Assembly (NCBI GenBank): GCA_950097015.1 | Contig: CATNEN010000001.1 | Span: 26,288,001 to 26,352,000, forward strand | Direction: 5' to 3' | Length of the DNA: 64,000 nt | Source of the DNA: Macrostomum hystrix | Taxonomy: Eukaryota; Animalia; Platyhelminthes | Shown here: in pieces, positions 61,615-64,000 of the stretch | Numbering within the stretch: the first letter of the stretch is position 1 | Layout of the letters: each line of letters begins with the position of its first letter | Notes under the pieces: generated by a model | Databases searched by the model: none | Seen by the model: the letters and a program-made list of their open reading frames with translations, nothing else | Told to the model about the DNA's origin: nothing | Made by a program: the position numbers and the translations under genes

Positions 61615-62504
61615 CTAAACCCACGAGTAGACAGAACTTGTCAAAAAATGCCTAAATTTATCCGTCCTTAAAAGTCTGTGTGACGTTTGTTCCTCATCAC
61701 ACAGTTTTTTTCCGATATGCATCGAAAAAAACTAATTTGAAATCTTAAAATAAGTAGAATTAATTTCATCACATAAAAAATATTTTTAATGAATTAAGGC
61801 ACTAATTTTCTGATCGAGTTATTCCGACATGTAACGAATGATTAAATATAAGCTTCAAACTTAGATGTCCGTATAAATTTCGTCATTATCTGTACAATTT
61901 CGCCCCATAATGAAACTGAAGTTTTTACCTCTAGCACTACTTAATCCTTCAAGCAACAGTAGTGCAAGCGGTATACTAAAGGTAAAGTAAAATGCTGGCA
62001 TTTCAGACACCTGTTGGCAGCACTGCCGGTGTCACGGTGATTTCGGTGGATTTCACTCCTGATTGATTTATTCGACATTTTATTGCCAAACATAGGGGAA
62101 AATATGACCTAAAAAATAATGACACTTGCCGTTAACTATTGCGCGATGATATGCCTGATTTTAACAAAATCAAATTTTATTTATTCGTTAATCAAGCCAT
62201 CTTGCACAGGCCCAGTCACTTCTGTGAAATCAGACATCGGTTTATCTCTGATTTGGACGGTTAACTCATTAAAGCGAATATTTATGTTTGTTTGCTTGTT
62301 TGTTTATTTTTTTGTTTGTTCTCTCAAAATTATATTTTAAATGTACACAAGCTGAACTGGAGTGACCTCCACTGTACACTAGACTTTTTTGCTTCTTTTT
62401 TTGTGTTCCTACTCCGCTAAATATATACAATCTTCAATAAACACTTTAGAATTATGCTTTTTTTAACGAACAGAAAATAACACAAACAAACCACTCTACT
62501 CGCT

Positions 62505-63640
62505 TCCACCCACTCTCCTCCGCTACCTACCACAGCTACCTACCTCCGCTACCTACCACCGCTCTCCTCCGCTACCTACCACAGCTACCTACCACAGCTA
62601 CCTACCACCGCTCTCCTCCGCTACCTACCACAGCTACCTACCACAGCTACCTACCACCGCTCTCCTCCGCTACCTACCACAGCTACCTACCACAGCTACC
62701 TACCACCGCTCTCCTCCGCTACCTACCACAGCTACCTACCTCCGCTACCTACCACCACTCTCATCCGCTACCTACCACAGCTACCTACCTCCGCTACCTA
62801 CCACCGCTCTCCTCCGCTACCTACCACAGCTACCTACCACAGCTACCTACCTCCGCTACCTACCACAGCTACCTACCTCCGCTACCTACCACAGCTACCT
62901 ACCTCCGCTACCTACCTCCGCTACCTACCACCGCTCTCCTCCGCTACCTACCACAGCTACCTACCACAGCTACCTACCACAGCTACCTACCTCCGCTACC
63001 TACCACCACTCTCATCCGCTACCTACCACAGCTACCTACCTCCGCTACCTACCACCGCTCTCCTCCGCTACCTACCACAGCTACCTACCACAGCTACCTA
63101 CCTCCGCAACCTACCTCCGCTACCTACCACCGCTCTCCTCCGCTACCTACCACAGCTACCTACCACAGCTACCTACCACAGCTACCTACCTCCGCTACCT
63201 ACCACCACTCTCATCCGCTACCTACCACAGCTACCTACCTCCGCTACCTACCACCGCTCTCCTCCGCTACCTACCACAGCTACCTACCTCCGCTACCTAC
63301 CACCACTCTCCTCCGCTGCCTATCACCACTCTCCTCAGCTACCTACCACCACTCTCCTCCGCTGCCTACCACCACTCTCCTCAGCTACCTACCACCACTC
63401 TCCTCAGCTACCTACTACCACTCTCCTCAGCTACCTACCACCTCTCTCCTCAGCTACCTACCACCACTCTCCTCAGCTACCTACCACCACTCTCCTCCGC
63501 TGCCTACCACCACTCTCCTCAGCTACCTACCACCTCTCTCCTCCGCTGCCTACCACCACTCTCCTCAGCTACCTACCACCTCTCTCCTCAGATACCTACC
63601 ACCACTACCTACCACCACGGCTCTCCTCCGCTACCTATCA
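62505..63640. repeat. C-rich composite minisatellite (ctacctaccacag / ctacctacctccg / ctctcctccg)
   Basis: Read directly. Confidence 0.95.
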
Positions 63641-64000
63641 AAGCTGAGCAATGGGTCGGACAACGAGTAGCATGAAGCGGCAATGCTCATTCAAGTGTTT
63701 ATGTAAGAGGACTATTGTATATTAGTCTACTCAAAGTGCTATTTGTCCCGCGTAGCTTTTAATTAACCAGTTGTTGCAGGAGTTTTTCAATTTCCCAATT
63801 TATAGCCTATCTGTGAGCTGGAATAGATTTACAAACCGGACAGGACACGAATGTAGGAATGCGAATCAGACATTGGTGTGCAAATTGGCAAGCCTGGCTT
63901 CGGTGTCACAGCTCAGAGTTATTATCGGCTGTAGTTTCTGGGAGTTTCTGTGCGGGGGAGAAGCCATAGACCCCATTCAATACAGACGGGAGCATTATCC

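Overview
Eukaryotic (metazoan) genomic DNA with spliced genes. Many introns and intergenic gaps are filled by unrelated GC-rich minisatellites, a style that suggests a free-living flatworm such as Macrostomum lignano (inference, not verified). The left half (1-33 kb) is a rearranged, duplicated region. It holds a dead THAP/P-element end, an ankyrin-repeat plus MAP3K-like kinase gene and a truncated second copy of it, a P/THAP9-type transposase disrupted by about 35 copies of 61 bp of its own coding sequence, a Loa-like LINE, and an Ingi-like LINE (2A-like peptide, RNase H) with an inverted 5' end. It also holds two intronless 580-aa secreted EGFR-ectodomain-only paralogs. The right half holds ordinary genes: calumenin/reticulocalbin (KDEL), a GTSF1-like CHHC zinc-finger gene, a CUB-like/LDLa single-pass membrane protein, a BCR/ABR-like RhoGEF-PH-C2-RhoGAP and an Iroquois homeobox gene. 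The most interesting signal is the EGFR-ectodomain pair. Both copies lack transmembrane and kinase domains, share a truncation that leaves a fossil of domain IV after the stop, and have lost the canonical dimerisation arm. By hand alignment they differ at 89 of 580 residues, concentrated on the predicted ligand-binding beta-sheet faces of both L domains, while the Cys-rich scaffold is nearly identical. This makes them a candidate diversifying family of secreted ligand traps or recognition proteins.
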